64,000 nt of DNA from Camelus dromedarius (taxonomy: Eukaryota): positions 86,244,001-86,308,000 of the forward strand of contig NC_087437.1 of assembly GCF_036321535.1 (NCBI RefSeq), read 5' to 3'. The notes under the pieces are model-generated. The model made no database searches and had not been told where the DNA came from. It saw nothing but the letters and a program-made list of their open reading frames with translations. This document shows positions 39,143 to 52,718 of the stretch, in pieces; position 1 is the first letter of the stretch; every line of letters begins with the position of its first letter. The position numbers and the translations under genes were made by a program.

Positions 39143-41243
39143 CTATTTTTTTGAGGAAAAAAAAAGTGGAATTCCTTATGAGAAAATGATGAACCATGTT
39201 AAACAAGTTTTGCAATAGGTTTAAGGCCATTAAATTCAGTGATTTAAACATCTACACATGGCTTTGAATTACTGAGAGATTTTCAGAAATCCTTATTCAG
39301 GTAAAAGGCTTCTATCTCCATGTAAAGATTAATCATTTGAACTTTAAAAGAAATGCTAACAAAAATGACTTTTGTTATGACTGATTTCTTAATGTCAACA
39401 GTGCATATTACTATTTTTCTTTGTAACAAGGGCTTATATTTATCAATTTATTAGTTACCCTCTCAAACCAATGCTGGTTGCCCTCTTCACTGATGTTAAC
39501 CAGATAAATAAATCCTCTTCTTAAGGGCTGTGTCAAGTTATATATATCATATATGAACTAGACAACAACTCTTCTTTGCAAAAGTAGAAAAGGCTATAAA
39601 AATAAGTTCCCCTTTATCAATCAGATTAAATAAGTACTTCTATATTTTTTATCATCTCTGTGATTTATAGTTAATGTTGCCTGACAGATGAAGGTAATAA
39701 GTTACTAAAAGAAGCAGCTGAAGACAGAAACATGACTATTGTAGATTTGCAACTAGACTGTAAGTGTAGTATAGCAATGTCAATGTTCATTACTATGGCA
39801 TTTATTAATTAAGTTCTACAATGGAAAGATACATCCTTTCATTCGATACCTAGGAAGCCAAGATTAAGAGACCTGCAATTTACTGCCCCTGTGACCTTGG
39901 ACATGTATCTGGATCCTCAAGCCTCAGCTTTCCCATAAATGAGGATAAAAATACCTACTTCATAGGGTATTTCAGATAAAGTATATGTGAAAGCATTCTG
40001 TAAATAAACATACACATAGGACAGTCATTGTTATTAGTGTTATTCATTTATTAGTAACCAATTTCAGGTATTTGATACTGATATACTATTTTCAGAAACC
40101 AATAGCAGCTTGTTTGACTGTTTTTTCAAAAATATCTGAACCTATTGGATTGGACTTAACAATGTAGAGGTTTTGTTTTTTTTTTTAATTACACCTGTCT
40201 AAATGCCAATTTCCTTCTAATTATGGAGTCTCTGTTCAAAAGGAAAGGAATATCAGACCACAAGTGGCATGCCTAGGAGAAAGGAGGAAAGGGGAACAGG
40301 TATCAGAAAAGCGTGCCGGTAACATGATCTGGAATATCTTTATGGAAAAAGTAAAAACCGGGAAAAAAATGACTAATTAGATTTCTTTTATCCAACTTAA
40401 TTTTTTTGATCTTTTTGTTTGTTTTGTTAAGTGGAGGAAAAGCAAAGGAGTCTTCAGAAAAGTACGGCCATATATTTTATTTTTATAAATACATAAAAGG
40501 TATACTTACATGAATGATTGGGTGTACTGAGCTTTATATCATGAAAATATACACTCTAGAATAGAAAACCAAAGATTCTCACAGGAATAGAACCTCATAT
40601 TGGTATCAAGAGTGACCTAGATGACTGACCTGCTCATGATATTGAGCACTTGAGGACAGAAGAGTTTTCTCCAAATACTTATTTCCTTTAAGTCCTATCT
40701 CTGAATTAAATGAAAGATATCAGTAATCAGAGGATTTCCTTGACAGTGTAAAGGAGCACCTCACAGCAGCATCACCAGGGTACCAAGTGGTTTCTTGCCT
40801 CCCAGGCTGTAACTACGGAAGCACATGGAAGGCCAACGTCACTTAGGTGGATGGAAGACAACTTTGGATCTTCTACGAGCTCACTTAGAAATGTTTCTTC
40901 TCTCCTCCTTTGCCATGTAACAATCCAGTGGAAGAGAAATCTTGGTATTAAGTGTTAAATTCAACTTCTAATCAAATCTGAGTAGTTTCTTGCAGCATTG
41001 ATTATTGTAAATGATTCTGTGGTAGAATTTATGTAAATTTATTTTTGAACTTAGAGTTTGCTAAACATATTTTAAAAATTCCTTTCAGGCAACATAGTTT
41101 AAAAAAAATTTTTTAATGTGTTTTAATAACCCTAGATAGTGCAACTTAGTCTACTTTCAGACAAAACTAGTGTTGAAGATCAGATTTGGTTCATCTGGTT
41201 GATCCACTCACAGCTTCCCTTGTATTCTTGCTGAGACTAATGA

Positions 41244-41445
41244 AGGGTTTCTCAGCCTGCTGACATATTCCTGGCTGTGGGAGACTGTCCTGTGCGTCAC
41301 AGGATGTTCAGCATCATCCCTGGCCTCTACCCGCTAGATGCCAACTGCACTCCACCTATCCACAGCCGTGACAAGCAAAAATGTTCCTAGACATTGCCAA
41401 ATGTCCTCTGAGAAGCAAAATCATCCCGTGGGTTGAGAACCACTG
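41244..41445 (+). mobile_element. MER20 DNA transposon
   Basis: CTGTCCTGTGC...GGATGTTCAGCATCATCCCTGGCCTCTACCCGCTAGATGCCA...AGACATTGCCAAATGTCC...GTTGAGAACCACTG. Confidence 0.9.
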
Positions 41446-41714
41446 TACTGAAGGTATGTATAAGAAAAGAGAAAAATCTTAAAACTGTGGGAAATATAAA
41501 TATCTAAGGAATAAATTTAACTACTACAACACCACCAGGAAAATCAGAACCCTATCACCCAAACTTGTGTAGGTCTACAGAAACAAAAAATTCACCTAGT
41601 GTCTTCCTTCATACAAAAAGAGGCAAACCTGAATAGGCAAAACTAAGAAATTGTTTATAAAAGTGTGGTGTTTTTTACTTTTCATACACACTGCTACAAA
41701 ATTAATCTACTTAC

Positions 41715-41917
41715 CTTTCTTCCCGTAATTTTCGTACTCGTTCAGCCCTTTCTCGTTTCTCTTGTTCCTCAAGAGCTCGTTGTTCTGTTGTGTCTCTTTG
41801 GATGCGTTCAGTTAAGGCATCAAAGTCTCTTGCAATGATATGCAGCAGCCAATAAAGGCCCTTTTTAATGGACTTGTCAATTTTCTTTCCATATCCCAAG
41901 ACTGCTGAACAAGGTTC
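41715..41917 (-). CDS. ARL13B: ARL13B coding exon 5 (203 bp), end of G domain and coiled coil
   Basis: tttcag|GAACCT...GAAAG|gtaagt; encodes [68 protein letters not shown]. Confidence 0.97.
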
Positions 41918-42440
41918 CTGAAAAATAGCAATTTATTTGACTTAAGGATTAAAACAAAAAGTTCTCTACAAAAATTTATTCATAAACCATTAAGTATAAT
42001 TACTAGCAAATCAAAATTAAGCCATTAAATTAATGATATGAAGCACCTGCTTGTTTAACTTACAAAACACACCTTTGCAATGATCACTACATTAGTATAC
42101 ATATAGGATTTGAAATATTTTATGAATTATATCTATAAACTATGAGAGCTATTAAGACACAAGAAGCTGAGGATGCCAGTTAAATTTTAAACAAACTCAC
42201 TGACAGATTAAAATTGAACTTACAGAAGAAAAATACTCCTCCTTATTAAAAATAGCAGAATGTTTTAACTCCTCACATGAGGGAATTCATGGCAGTAAGC
42301 ATCTTTTAGGATTTACAGCCTAATGATCAGTTTCTGAAACCAGAATAAATGATTAAATCTGTCCATCTTTCTTAAGATTGCACAATAACTCTCCTGACAT
42401 GATTTTTCAAAACTCATTAATAATTAATTAACATCATTCA

Positions 42441-42710
<270 letters not shown>

Positions 42711-42907
42711 CTATTTCATCATTTTTCCTTTATTACTGCTAAAATAAGTTCGTAAGAATTGGCCTATAAAAGGGAAATCATGTCAAGAAAATAAACACTA
42801 GATCAATAGTCCAACAAAAAGATACAAATAGAAAAGTAAGTGGATTAGTTTCCACAGCACTCAGCCATCAATTCCAACTTTCCCAGTAATTATATCCTTA
42901 TCTTCTT

Positions 42908-42983
42908 CTTCTTTTAAACAGAGGTACTGGGGATTGAACCCAGGACCTTGTGCATCCTAAGCATGCAATCTTCCACTGAGCTC
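42908..42983 (-). mobile_element. Short, 5'-truncated Vic-1-like SINE
   Basis: GAGGTACTGGGGATTGAACCCAGGACCTTGTGCA, with TSD CCTTATCTTCTT at 42896-42907 and 42984-42995. Confidence 0.8.
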
Positions 42984-43484
42984 CCTTATCTTCTTAAAAC
43001 ACACAACGTCATGATGTAAAGACCGTTATCTCATGTCCTTTCCTTCTTAAAATACAAACTATCATGTTTTAAATACCCAAATATTTATCCTGAGCTTGTA
43101 TTATTTGAGCTCATCTGCATTTCCACTGTGTGAATGTGTCCACATAAATGTTCAACTTACTGGAGAGGTGAGGCTACTTCTATCTAATTTACTTGGCATG
43201 GCACTGGGCACAGAAAACATTATACTCAACTAGGAACAAACTGGGGAACAACAAAAAACAAAACAAATTCTAAAAAAAAAAAAAGAATTACCACAAAATA
43301 CCACTATTTGCCTATCAGAGGGCAGAGGTCAAAAAGTTGAGTAAAACACTGTCTTGGTCAAGGTTTGATAGATATTTCAAACAAATATAAATTATTTAAT
43401 ACATACACAGAATAATAAACCTAATGTAAACCTAATGAACTCTTATCACTTATCTTTAAAAATTATCAATATTATACCATTCTT

Positions 43485-43723
43485 TTTGGTTTGATTTTGT
43501 GTAAACTTTTTTAAAATTGAAATACAGTTGACTTACAATGTTTCAGGTATACAGTCAAGTGATTTAGTTATACATATATATCTATCCTTTTTTCAGATCC
43601 TTTGCCATTATATATTACAAGATACTGAATATGTTCCCTGTGCTATACAGTGGGTTCTTACTGTTTATATATTTTATATATAGTGCATCTATTAACCCCA
43701 AAGTCCTAATTTATCTCTCTCCC
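43485..43723 (-). mobile_element. Cetartiodactyl-type L1 3'UTR fragment, inserted into an older L1
   Basis: TTCCCTGTGCTATACAGT...TTTTATATATAGTG, with a 19-bp TSD TCAATATTATACCATTCTT at 43466-43484 and 43724-43742. Confidence 0.85.
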
Positions 43724-43742
43724 TCAATATTATACCATTCTT

Positions 43743-45500
43743 GATTATCTGTATATCTTCCACTTCCCCTCTCAGTTATATCACTTCACCCCAAAATTTT
43801 AAAAAAATCACAATGCTACTATCACACCTAAGTTCTGAAAAAAAAATTCATCCTTCTCAACATCTTTTTACAAGTATTATGTCCAAATTCAAATCCAAAC
43901 CAGACACATATTACAATTTATTCTTTCAAGTGTTTTTTAATCAGTATCACCCTCAAGGCCAACACCCTCCCCCCAACTCATGCAGCACTGCCACCACTTC
44001 TTTTTCTCCCATGGCATCTATTTGTAAAACAAAGCAAGTCATTTTTCTATAGAATTTCCCAAGTTTAGGATTTGGCCGATATCTTCCTTATGAGGTCATT
44101 TAACATTACATGCTCTGTATTTCCTACATCTAGTAGTTAAACATACAGGCTGGATGACTTTCAAGCAGAAATCTCTCGGCAAGTGTATTTCATAGATGGT
44201 ACTAGTGCTTCGGAGGCAATACAACATCTGGTTGTACCACTTTCAGAGATGGTTAAATGGATCAGTGAATTCAGGCTGGAATCAGCCTGATTTGTCCAAA
44301 ATAAAGTTCCCCATTAACCTTTCACCTAATGGTTTTAGCAACAATTGATGACCTCTGTTTAAATGCATTTTTATGTGAGATTGTAAGACCATGACTCATC
44401 TAGTTGTTTATTCCTTCTGCATTTACTAGCTGGATTTTTGCTAAAAAGCTTTTATCAATTACATGGTGACTCATTTAAATATAACTCAGAGAAAAGTCAA
44501 GATAATTATTTGGTCCTTTGCCTTCATTTCCTAATCTTCATAATAATGAACTGGTGTCCTATCAACCTCCAAAGGGAATCAAGTTGCTTTCTTTGGTTTG
44601 TGGAAGACATCATTATGAACTTATGGATTTTTAAAATATATTTGATGTGTTTCAATTTATTGTAGTTACTGTTCTTTTTGAGGCTCAAAGTTACGCATTT
44701 TTGGTCAGTGGGAGTCTCTTTTGTGTTGATGCCTGTGTTCTTTTGGTACAATAGTCTTTGACAGCTTCTTTGTTCTTTTGAAAGAAACAATGGCTCAGAC
44801 CTGGAATCACCTGTTTCCCCAAGGAGCCCTGGTTCCTTTCAGTAGGAACTGGTATTTTAAAGACCGCACTCTGGGGACATTTACTGCTATTGACTTGCCA
44901 TTGCTTCTAAACCCTTTCAGTGGACAAAGCTGAAAAATATAGTTTTTAAGAAAGAAAAAATTAAATCATAAGCTTACATTGATTTTTCCATTTTCAATCA
45001 AATATTACCAAGTCTTCACTTAGCTCCCTAATTTTTATCTTTTTTCCTTATGCTGAAAACTATAGTTCCTAATGACATTGACATTAACTATTTGCTCATC
45101 CCACAACATATGAGCTTCGACATAACAAAACCAACATTATTGTTAAAAATAATAATACTAAATGCACAGTAAGATCTTTTTTGTGGTTATTCTTGTCTAA
45201 AAGTTATATCCCACAAGAGAATGTGGTCAAAATACTGGCTTAAAATTACCTGAAATAATTCTTTTCTCTGTCGTTATGACACCATCTAGATATATAGCTA
45301 GGTTTATTTGTTTCAAGCTGCTTTTGTTTTTTAAAGTTAGTTTTATTTTATATTTTAAGATTTAATTTTTAAACACTTGTATGGTTCTAAATTCAAACTA
45401 TAAAAACAAAATGAAATTAAAAAAAGAACTATTTTCCATCTCTCTTTCCCTCTATTTTTTCTATTCTCCTATAGGTAACTATTTTCATTAGTTTTTAACT
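43743..45500 (-). mobile_element. Old L1M (L1MD/L1ME-like) 3' region
   Basis: Typical motifs TTTTGGTCAGTGGGAGTCTC and TTTCCCCAAGGAGCCCTGGTTCCTTTCAGTAGGAACTGGTATT. Boundaries are approximate. Confidence 0.65.
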
Positions 45501-46569
45501 CATCCTCCCAGTATTTTCTTTTTTTTTTTTTAATGATATAAACATGTATATGGGAGAAATGATATTTTAAAGGCCACAACTTGGGCACCACGGACATTCA
45601 CTGCTATTGACTGGTTGGGGGTGTTTGTGTGTGTATATCTCTACCCTCCCTTTCTTCCTCAAAAGCTAGCACACTATACACCCTCTTGTGCATCGCCATG
45701 CTTTTTAACAGTAAATCCTAAAATTACTCTGAAGATGTATAAAGAAATCTTCTTTACTACTGTATTCTTTATTAAAGAGCAAAATGCTCATTATATGGAT
45801 GTTTCATCATTTATTCAGCCACTGAAGGACTACACTGGAGTACTTCTGGGTTGTTTCCAATGTTTTGCTTCTACTAAGAGTGCTGTGAGGAATAAGTGTG
45901 TGAAGGTGTTCTTATCCTGGGAACAGACTCCAGGTGGTGGGACTGCTGAACTAAAGAATAACTATAAATGTTATTTTCATAGATATTATAGCAACGTCCC
46001 TCCTCTCACCCTCAAATCATAAGAACTCAGCCAGAGAAAAAGGGATGGTAAGAAAACTTAATAATGTGAGAGAATTTCACTCCTGATTTTTACTACAAAT
46101 ATTTCACTCTGGTAAAAATTAACTTTGAATTGTTTGTATTGATATAACAGTGTAACATGTAGTACTGCAAAATTTTGGTTTTTTTTATTTTGAAAACTAT
46201 GAAGGAAACTTATTCTAAAATAAAAATTAGCAGGCAGAGTAAAAATAAAGGTAATGTGGAAGGTTTAAAGACATGAGCTCTTTTCTGGCTGTTGCAGTTC
46301 TACAATTCGGTAATTTTATGAGTTAAGCCCTGAGGATTCCCTAAAATAGGGCAGAATTCAATCATTTTAAAGTAAATTGAATGAAAAACCTTTACCCAAG
46401 GTTCTTTCCATTCCTTTTTATTCCAAATTCCATACATTTAGCAAGTTTTCATACCTAAAGAATACAAAGTAAGCTTTGTTTAATTACAAACCTCCCTTTT
46501 GTGAGTAATGTATTTTATATATAATATAGGATTGGGATTACAGAGCCTGTCCCAAGTATTCCATTGTAG

Positions 46570-46920
46570 GCAGTTAAACAAAGACTTCCTGTTACCAACT
46601 AGCTCCAAAGAAAACAACCTTCCTTTAATCTAAAGAATAGGCTGCTAACAGGCAGAACCGGATTCTCCAGGTGTGAGGTAAGCAATTTGTTCTTCTCATT
46701 TGATATTAACAGCAAAAAGACAACTTTATCTCTAACTTACTTGACTTCATTATGTGGCTTTCAATTAAATTAACTAAATGAAAACCATACAGAAATTAGT
46801 CTGTGAACTAAAAGACACAGACTTAAATAATTTGAATAAAACATTACGAATGATACTCAGGACTCCAACTGCGCAGGTGGAAAAGAAACAAAAGGAACAA
46901 GACAAAGGTAAAACCAGTCT
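46570..46920 (+). promoter_or_regulatory. Candidate STX19 promoter and non-coding first exon
   Basis: ETS motif ACTTCCTG (46584-46591), GRHL-like AACCGGAT (46656-46663) and AAACCAGTCT (46911-46920), CAGGTG E-boxes (46668, 46874). Plus-strand donors GAG|GTAAGC (46678) and AAG|GTAAAA (46908). Confidence 0.45.
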
Positions 46921-49451
46921 TTTTTGTCCTTTTCAATATAAGCCATGCAGAGACTGAAATCTGTGACATTTAAAAAGAGCTCAACAGATAATTAAAGTTA
47001 CTTGTTTTGCTCAGATTTGGATCAGGCTACAAGCAGCTGAACTGCTCATATATATACTATTACAGACGTGCTTAATGAGACTTGGCTTTAGAGTTCCTAG
47101 AGATAGACCACTAAAATAAAAATCAACTTTTTCTTTTAAGTTCCTTAAAAAAATAACTTCTCATTTTGGAAATGCTAGAAAGTCAGATCCTATAAAAACT
47201 AACTTTAAATTCTTTCTTTTATAAACAGATTATATAAACTGGTCATACTGTGCTTGCTTTAGAGAACACTTTAACATTTAATTCTGAAAAGAAATTTATG
47301 CTCAATTTGACACATATATATATATAACCTTTCAAAATTTAAGATAATTTTCTAGAAGCCTTTGATTAATTTCTTCATTGCTGTTCCCCAGAATCTTTAC
47401 AATGGGAGGAAGTTAAAAAATAATCTTATTGTAAAAGGACTACTGTAAAATATCAAAGTACTCAAATTTTTAAATGTTTCAGCTAGTGTGCTGAAAGTAC
47501 TTAAATTATCAAATCGAATATAAATATATTCGATTTGATAATTTAAAAAATTTAAGTCAGCATCATTTAAATGCAACATATATATAGGTCTGATACTTTC
47601 AAAACTAAGCAGTACATAGAGGCTTAACCAAAACATGTTTTATTTTTTATATTTCTTCAAAGTCATTTTATAACTGTTTGGTTAGATTTTAATACATAAC
47701 CCATTTCAAATCAAAATAATAATTACTATTAATAAATGTTTTAAGGGTGGACTTGAAAGTTGGCTATGTAATACCTAGAACACATTATTTTTGTGGATAC
47801 GCAGTTTGAAGTTTAATATAAAAATCATTTAATGTGTATATAGCTTACTTTAATCAGGTAAGTGAGAGTTCAAAATTACATGAGTCTTAATATTTAAACA
47901 AAAACAGTCCTACTGTTAACATTAAACAAGTTAACAATTAACTTATTTACACTAAATAAAAAGTAGAATTTAAAAAGCACAGAAAGGCTCAATTACAGAA
48001 AAAAGATAATTTAAACTTCAAAAGAAATTAAACAATTTGCAATAATTTTTTAAGTTTTTTTTTTCTTTTAAGTAGCCAAAGGTAAATATTCCAATAACAG
48101 GTGCTTTTACCTTGAGCTAGAGACATGTTGCAAGCTGCCTTCATACACAAAAGCCAAAGAATATTCCATTTTATGTTAAATAAAAACTGGTTACGTTTTT
48201 TGAAATATTTAAGCAATACGGTAACTATAAAAAGAATTTTCTTACTTCAAAAAAAATCTATAAATCTATGAAGTATCTATCCCAGGGCATATGTCTTAAA
48301 GTACTAGATAATTTTTATTCGTATTTCTGTCTCTGGAAATGTTCCCTGTCTGTCATAGAGTGAAGAACCTTTTATTTGAATCATAAAAGTTTACTTTTGT
48401 ATTTCCCAGAACAAACTGTCAAACTTGATTACCATATTTAAAAATTAGTGTTCTAACTTTCTTTTTGCAAATATCACATTTAAGCTCAAAGATATAGTCA
48501 GTTATTGACAGTAGAATTCAAAACTGTATATCAAAGCAGTAAGTTAAACATGCTGAAAGATGACTCATATTTAGATAGAACCTTTCTGATAATAAGAAAA
48601 TAAATTTAAGATACAGAAAAGATTGCATAAAACAATAGTTTCATCAATTTCACTTAGCTTAAGCAATTAAATGATTTCACAACTATGAGCTTAATACTCT
48701 ATGCCTTTATGAACTGTGTCCCTTCCAACTTTTAAATTCTAATATGCTAACATATCTCACTTTACGTAGTATTATAATTTATGAAGATACAAGATTAAAC
48801 AACTAAATTGAAAATATTTATACATGTAGTTATGGGTATGTAACTACTGGAAAATGTAATTTATGTATAGCATGTAAGTGTACCTGAATACCTACATTAA
48901 GTCAACTTCTGCACATATGAGTATAAGGACTTGGGGAACATTCTGAATTATGTTAACTCTGTAAAGATAATCACCTATGACTTTCAGTGAAGATACAAAA
49001 ATACAGAAATTTCTCCCTCTTGCTATAAATATAGAAGTGTTTGATATAATCTTAAGGGAAAAAAAAAGATAAATTTTAAAACTGTATCATTACACTTGAC
49101 ATAAGAAAAATTTTCAGGTGCCAGAAATGAAGAGGGAACGCACTCATAGCCAAAATGGAGAGTAGGAATTACAGTTAACTCCATGGGCTGCTAGAAGCAA
49201 ATACTCTGTCTTAGAGGCTGGAGTTTAGAGTTTGTTTATAATCAGGAACTAAAATTGGGTTTCCTAAATGAAGTAGTGAACCAGAAATACAGAGCACTAC
49301 CTGTATACAGAAACAGGAAAATCTCTGCTAACTTGTCCAGGAGTACAGCAAGAAGTGAGGCTATTTCCTCAGGCTACAAAATCACTACAGAAAAATCAGG
49401 CCCATATGTACATATACTACTTGGGCTACAGAAATCACTAGAGAACGATTA

Positions 49452-49813
49452 GGCCCATAGAGTATCTGTATCTGACGGTTCCATATCCATGGATTCAACC
49501 ACACTTAGAAGAAAAATATTCAGGAAAAAATCCAGGAAGTTGCAAAATGCAAACTTGAAATTGTCACGCATCAGCAGCTATTTACATATCATTCACATTT
49601 TATTTACAGCCATTCATATAGCACTGTATTAGGTATTGTAAGTAATCTAGAGATGATTTAAAGTACACTTTTAAAGTAAAAGTATACAGGAGGATGTATA
49701 TAAGTTACATGCAAATATTGCACCATTTTATATAAGGGACCTAAGCATCTGTAGATTTTGGTATGGGGGGGGGGGCGGAACCGATTCCTCACAGACATGG
49801 AGGGACAACTGTA
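49452..49813. mobile_element. MER2 (Tigger-derived) DNA transposon
   Basis: CCATGGATTCAACC...GTAATCTAGAGATGATTTAAAGTA...GAGGGACAACTG|TA. Confidence 0.85.
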
Positions 49814-50154
49814 TTTATACTACCTGAGCTGTGATGGGCAAGCTCCATGGGGCCCTAGTAGTGACAACCGCAAAAACAGGGTTAAGAACTTATCCGTAAC
49901 CAGGACACTCACTGAAGACAAACTGAAGAGTTCACTAAACACACTTGCCCACCACCAAGGAAAACAACTGGTAGCTACAATAAACAAAGGAATTTATTTC
50001 TAAGAAATCAGAAATTACCTAATAATGTAAAAGGATCTTGAACATAAATATATTTTAAATGTTCAAAAGAAATAAATGAAGACAAAGAATCCATACACCA
50101 AGATGAACATAGTATAAACTTTACAGTCAATCTTAGTATTTTAAAGTTAAAAAA

Positions 50155-50290
50155 ATTTTTTTTTTTATTTTTTGGTGGGAGGTAACTAGGCATGCATTCA
50201 TTCATTTATTTATTTAATGGAGGTACTGGGATGAACCAGGACCTCATGCATGCTAAGCACACATTCTACCACTGAGCAATACCCTCCCCA
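50155..50290 (-). mobile_element. tRNA-derived SINE (Vic-1-like)
   Basis: TGGAGGTACTGGGATGAACCAGGACCTCATGCATGCTAAGC...CCACTGAGCAATACCCTCCCC. Confidence 0.8.
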
Positions 50291-52399
50291 CTTACAGTTG
50301 ATTTTATATAAACATCATTTACTATAATATGCATGCCATGATATATATAGCACTGTAAGGAAATCTGACTGGTTTTCCTTTACTATCACTAACATATAGA
50401 GATCTGTAGGGGAAAAAAAAGGATTCAGAATATTTATTTATTTTTTTGCTAGTAAATTATTAAGATTAATAAATATAAAGTACATATCAATATATTTTGA
50501 AGTGTTCCTTAAAGTACCTTTTATTCAAATGTGAAAGTGTGGTACTCCTTCAGGAAACTGTTCTTCCAAGAACACAGAAACCCAGGATAGGACCACCTTT
50601 ATAAGGATCAGAGTTAAACATCTTCATTTCCAAAATCACTGACAGTAAGTTACCTTCTCAAAAGCACTCGCAGAAGTATACTGTGCTACAATATAAATTT
50701 GAAATATTCTGTTTCTTAAAAAAAATTTATACTATGATGCTTCAGAAAAAGGCTTTTGATGGCACTGATCATTTATTTCTAATTAAAATGAAAAAGAGAA
50801 AGATCTACCTAGCCATAAAAATTTTAGAGGCGGTTGTTATAGGATTTGTTTCAAGCCATGCAACCAAAGACAAAGTTAGAGCCACTGAGTTCTTGAAAAC
50901 TGTGAAATTTTAAAATTGTTAGCATTAGATAAGACTTAATTCTCATGAATAAAAAAATCAAAATTTGTTTTGTTTTGATACCCCCCCATTTCTCATCTGA
51001 GCCTCCAGTACTGTTACACTTTTCTTTTCTCCATATGAGAAACAAAAGTCAGCTTAAAAAAAAATTAGTGCAACAAACATCACATTTGCTATACACGTTG
51101 TAGTTGTAAGAATTCATAGTAACAGGTTAGTACAAGAACAGGAAATAGAAATCTACGTACATAAATAGGAATGCAATATACCTTGCTTCCTATCTGTCTT
51201 ATCTCAGCCTATGACTATAAGGTACAGCAGAAGAAAATACAAGAATCTCAATGATGCCAAGGATAGGATTCAAAATTTCTTAGAGATTTTCTGTGATACA
51301 GGTATATGAGATCAGAACTAATTCTTTTTCTTCTTCTAAACTGTAAAGTGCTTAATTAGGCCTGATTAAAGATCCTAATACAACTGCTATTATAGTTATT
51401 TTAGATCTGATATGTTGTGTATATTACCTCCCGCAAAAACTTTTTTCTTTTAAACACAGTATATTAACAATATAATACAATAATTGATAACAGATCAACT
51501 TCATTTGTTGAAAGTGATCTTCATAGTGAAAAGCCACAGACCTGCAATCAAGTAGACTTACATCTGAATGTAGGCTCTGCCACTTTTTAGTTGTGTAAAA
51601 TTGTATTCCCTTAGAATTTTGAAAATTTTACTTTGTTTTCTTCTAACTTCCTCTGTTCTCCTTGAGAAATCTGCCATCTGATTCCTGATACTTTTTATAA
51701 GAAAGAGAGACAGAAAAGAAAAAAGAAAAGAAAAACAAGAAAAGAAAAAGAAAAAGCTACGGCTATATCAAAAGCAACATGACATTTTAAACACTTTGTG
51801 GAGGAATTTATTTTCAGCATCAATATGGTAATACCAAAGAGAGCATATAGATAAGAAAGTGATAAACACTAAATCAAACAAAGAACAGTATGGAATTATT
51901 CAAGATAAATCACTAAGCTAACTGACTTTAGTAATTACCTCCCTCTACAGTGGAAAGATTAGTCTTAGTTATTAGAGGCAGATAATAAATCATGGGTGGT
52001 AATTCTGCTTTCTCAAAGTTGTCACATGAGAAAGCTTCTACAATCACTTCCCAATGTTTTTAGGTGTCCTTAAAAATCTGCACCAGCATAATCATCAAAT
52101 ATTTATAAAATACTGAATATAAGGGCACATAGATGCTCCCAGCTTTACATAACATACACATTCTAAGAAATTTACACTATACATCTTACAATGAAAAAAG
52201 CACTGGTCTAGCAGCTGGGAACCTTGCATTGTTATACCAGTACTACCACTAACAAGATCTAGGTAAAACATTTAATTTCTCCGATTTTCAATTTCCCCAT
52301 AAGAAAAATGAGAAATTGATTAGTTAACTTCAAAGGATTCTTTTCAGAATAAAATTACAATATTCAATGGATGTGGACGAAACCAGGTTCACCTCTCCT

Positions 52400-52718
52400 T
52401 TGGAGAACAGGTGAGGACAGCACATCATGGTCACCTTCCCTCAGCTGGTAGAGGAGTTGCAGAACAAAGCAACACGCATCTTTTCAGGGCTAGCGCATTT
52501 CAATGTCTAGGAGATGGTGCTTCCAACTGCCCTACAACCTACACATTCAGAAAGGTGGATCTTAGGGCCTTAGTGACCAAGATTGGGAACCAAAGCCTCT
52601 TCTAATCCAACATGGACACGAAATTTGAGTGAGAAATATATCTTTGTGGTTGTAATCCACCAAGATTTGGTGACTAGGTATTACTGTGGGATAATCAAGT
52701 GTATCTTGACTGGTAAAA
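52400..52718 (+). mobile_element. Degenerate MLT1 (J/K/L-like) LTR
   Basis: TGAGTGAGAAATATATCTTTGTGGTTGTAATCCACCAAGATTTGG...TATCTTGACTGGTAAA. Confidence 0.55.
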
